From IMG/VR virus record IMGVR_UViG_3300037499_000265, positions 1 through 64,000 of that record: a stretch of 64,000 nt of DNA; one strand, written 5' to 3'. The notes beneath the pieces were generated by a model that did no database searches, had not been told where the DNA came from, and was given only the letters and a program-made list of their open reading frames with translations. Position numbers and translations under genes: made by a program. This document shows, piece after piece, positions 61,252 through 64,000 of the stretch. Within the stretch, counting starts at the first letter, position 1. Every line of letters starts with the position of its first letter. Origin of the DNA: a virus.

Positions 61252-64000
61252 CAGTCACAACCTCTCTGCCAGGTGTCAGTAGGAGCGGTGCGATGGTTCC
61301 AGCCTGCATGTCCAGTTCGAACCCGATGCACCGACCTTTACCAACAGTGCCAGCTGGATGACGATGGCCGGTCAGATCCCAGCCGATGTCGTCTCCGATC
61401 TTCCAGTCGACACCGTAGCGCGGATACTGACTCCATACAGCGTCGATTTTGAACACATTCGTACCATTGGCAAGCCGATCAAGCCCTGCAGCGGCGTGAT
61501 CGTTCAACGTACCGACCTGAGTGATGGATGATGATGGCATCCAGTGTCGTTCGAAGATCGGTTTCCCAGCGGCCAGTGCGACAGTGTCGATAGCAGGGTC
61601 GGAAACCGGCTGATCGTCACCCTCGCCAACCGCGTAGGCGACTTGATAGTTGCCATAGCGGCCTTCAGTTCGATCCTCGGTATAGGTGTAGATAGCGTTT
61701 GATGACCCGATTGAAGAGAATATGGACTGCTCTGTAGTCTGAAAGACCGCTGGTGGAGACTCTTCAGTGATTCCAATTCGTTTACGGGCACGGAAAATCT
61801 TTGCAACTGCCGTCTCGGTCGTGTCAGTCCAGTCGATGTCGATTGTCCATTCCGGACCTTCGATCACGCCCATCAGCTCACGTAACCGCTCATAGACTGT
61901 CGCATGGTCGGAGTAGTGGTAAGTTCTCGTTCTCAACGTTCCGGTCGCCGGCGCGTCCACCAGCAAACTGATTCCAACCCCGACGCCGGGGATGTCCTGA
62001 GCATCTTCAACCAGTCCGGTCAAGATTACTGAGGACTCGTCCTGTTGCGTCCAAGAATGGTCACGGACGAACCGGCGACGGAAGTACCCTTCTAGGCTCA
62101 CCGCACTGAACTCGGCCTGCGCAGGTGTGCCTCCCCGCCGCACCAAGGGGATGCCTGCCCAGATAGGAACGTTGTTCACCACCGCCACCAGCATGGTCTC
62201 AGCTGGTGTGGACAGTTGTTCGACCAGTGCAGCCTTCTGGATCAACGACAGTCCTGAGTGCCCGACAGTAGGGATAGGTAGCCTCAGGCTGGAAGACGTG
62301 TATGCTCCGAGAACTCGAGAGACCTGACCGACCAGATTCGGCAGCTCCGCGATAATTCGCCCAGTAGCCAGGTCACAAGACAGCCAGGTGACCTCGGTAC
62401 GGATCTCGGACACAGCGATCGTCGGCAGGCCGGGCTCCGGCGGCGGTGGTTCGGGCGGCTCCGGTCCAGTGTCGATGACCAGCTGATGCGAGAATGTCGC
62501 TGCCGCAGCGGTATATGCCTGGGCGGTGATCGTGATCGATGCGCCGGAATCGTTGACACTGAACGTACCGTACTGCGTCCGTGATTGACTGGCCCCGACG
62601 TCGTAGCTACCAGCGCCGGGGTCGAACGGCGTGGCGTCTATGCTTCCAACCACGTAGACCGGGAAACCACCCCATAGGTTGTTGGCTCCGGAGTCAAACG
62701 CGTTCGCATGAATGTCGGCGTTCATCATGACCATGCGATCAGACCAGCCGGTCGAGATGAGCAGGTCTGCTAATTCCTGCCGCTCGGTCATGAAACCTGG
62801 CCACGAATCCGAGCCGCCGTTGATCCATCGGATGGACGACACGACTACTAACGCATCGGCGGTGGACGTGTTTAGAAGATTGGTGAACCATACCTTCTGG
62901 GCCGCGCCGAGCATCGTCTTGCTCGGGCCGTCAGGGTCAGAGTTGGGAGAGCGGTAGAAACGGCAGTCCCAGACCACGAACAGCACGCGTCCGATTTGGA
63001 AGCTGTGGTAGATGGCGCCGCTATCATCCAGCGAATAGGACGGCACTCGCTCCCGGTAGACATCTGCGCCGTTCTGCTTGGTCGATAGTGTGCCGTCGGA
63101 GTTGTTCGGCCCGTAGTCATGGTCGTCCCACATGTAAACCAGCGGCATGTTGTGGTACAGCTCATGCTGTCGGCTCTGAAGTAGAACGTCGTCAAAGGCG
63201 CGGCGATAGTTGGCTAGCGACCCGCCACCGGTGATGCCGTGGCTCCCGGACCCAAGATCGTAGTAGTGCAGGTCCCCAGCGTGCAGGAAGAACAGTGGGC
63301 CTGACGGGTGCTCGCGGATCGTGTCAAAGGTTGGCGCATTTGACACCCGATCAGTCGCCAGTACGTTGCCTGTGGTGTCGGGGAAGTCCGGTGATAGTCC
63401 TGCATCACCGGATGCGATGAACGAGAACGAGCCGACCGATCCGGCTGGCGCTGGCGCGGTCCGGAACTGGCCGGTGGTACTGAAGATCTGTGCGGTGCCT
63501 TGGACGGTCCAAGTCTTACCGGTGGTGTCAGTGAAGGATGCCGCGTCGATGGGTGCAAGCGCAGGAAACGGATCAGTAACCACAACTCCGTCGATGCCGT
63601 TGCGGATCTCCGCGGCGTGTATCGTCCCCGCGAACGGCCGCCCGGTCCCACCGTCCACGGCGGCCAGGGAAGCCTCAGCGGTGCCACTGAAAATGGTGGT
63701 GGCCCCGGCGGTGGTGACCACCGATCCGAGCTGTGTCCACGACCCGGTGATGGCATCGGCGGTATAGAAGGTGACGTCATTCCCGGCCGCCCCGTTATCA
63801 GCGTCGAGGGTGGCCCGGACGGCCAGCTTTCCGCTGGTGATCGGGACTGAGACCGTCGACATGGGCAGAACCGAATTCGCCCCAGTGGTTGACCAGAACA
63901 GCGACAGCCGGCCGTCATTCTCAACCCCTAAGAAGTACGATCGCTGGCCCCCGGTCGTAACCCACTTCCCGAGGAGTGTAGCCCGCACACCATCCGGCGC
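61238..64000 (-). CDS. large tail protein (5' truncated): LamG-like + PhoD-like metallophosphoesterase + Gp37-like tail domain
   Basis: ASGDA, HAGDLHY, WDDHDY, WDCRFYRS, LGAAQKVW, ADIH; C-terminal LPNL...WAGI...TVYERL; frame open to window edge. Confidence 0.8.
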   Translation of the reverse strand, partial: APDGVRATLLGKWVTTGGQRSYFLGVENDGRLSLFWSTTGANSVLPMSTVSVPITSGKLAVRATLDADNGAAGNDVTFYTADAITGSWTQLGSVVTTAGATTIFSGTAEASLAAVDGGTGRPFAGTIHAAEIRNGIDGVVVTDPFPALAPIDAASFTDTTGKTWTVQGTAQIFSTTGQFRTAPAPAGSVGSFSFIASGDAGLSPDFPDTTGNVLATDRVSNAPTFDTIREHPSGPLFFLHAGDLHYYDLGSGSHGITGGGSLANYRRAFDDVLLQSRQHELYHNMPLVYMWDDHDYGPNNSDGTLSTKQNGADVYRERVPSYSLDDSGAIYHSFQIGRVLFVVWDCRFYRSPNSDPDGPSKTMLGAAQKVWFTNLLNTSTADALVVVSSIRWINGGSDSWPGFMTERQELADLLISTGWSDRMVMMNADIHANAFDSGANNLWGGFPVYVVGSIDATPFDPGAGSYDVGASQSRTQYGTFSVNDSGASITITAQAYTAAAATFSHQLVIDTGPEPPEPPPPEPGLPTIAVSEIRTEVTWLSCDLATGRIIAELPNLVGQVSRVLGAYTSSSLRLPIPTVGHSGLSLIQKAALVEQLSTPAETMLVAVVNNVPIWAGIPLVRRGGTPAQAEFSAVSLEGYFRRRFVRDHSWTQQDESSVILTGLVEDAQDIPGVGVGISLLVDAPATGTLRTRTYHYSDHATVYERLRELMGVIEGPEWTIDIDWTDTTETAVAKIFRARKRIGITEESPPAVFQTTEQSIFSSIGSSNAIYTYTEDRTEGRYGNYQVAYAVGEGDDQPVSDPAIDTVALAAGKPIFERHWMPSSSITQVGTLNDHAAAGLDRLANGTNVFKIDAVWSQYPRYGVDWKIGDDIGWDLTGHRHPAGTVGKGRCIGFELDMQAGTIAPLLLTPGREVVTDDGN

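Noticed and set aside
53941-64000. Diversity-generating retroelement acting on tail fibres
   Set aside because: No reverse transcriptase and no adenine-specific template/variable repeat pair seen; the repeats are ordinary coding duplications.

Overview
The window is about 64 kb of a high-GC actinobacterial tailed phage or prophage, probably a siphovirus. The evidence is WhiB, DUF397, an LPXTG-anchored protein, an amidase lysin and Gp37-like tail proteins. Layout: (i) 1-12.2 kb, + strand accessory genes, including several exported proteins, MazG-like, DUF3307 and an RlaP-type nucleotidyltransferase, followed by a tRNA-Met(CAT). (ii) 12.4-24.7 kb, - strand block with a RecD-like helicase, DNA polymerase A, a triple-DUF4326 protein, NADAR and an ASCH protein. 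(iii) 24.7-49.2 kb, + strand block with a SLOG-C5-methyltransferase fusion, RusA, HIT, a DEAD-box helicase, a PD-(D/E)xK exonuclease, an SSB-like protein and WhiB. (iv) 49.3-64 kb, - strand lysis and tail genes, cut at the window edge. No integrase, terminase or capsid gene is visible. The best candidate for an undescribed system is at 45.3-47.9 kb. A sigma70-type promoter drives a ~600-nt non-coding region holding four copies of a structured repeat. Each copy has conserved 5' and 3' arms with compensatory base changes, a variable 22-33 nt insert and ACAACT linkers. Two larger stem modules, an intrinsic terminator and a 626-aa helical/TerD-like (Ro/TROVE-type architecture) protein gene complete the locus. 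A second strong result: at least two of three HNH endonuclease cassettes carry synonymously recoded copies of the ends of the genes they interrupt. All family assignments come from motif recognition by eye; no database search or folding program was run.
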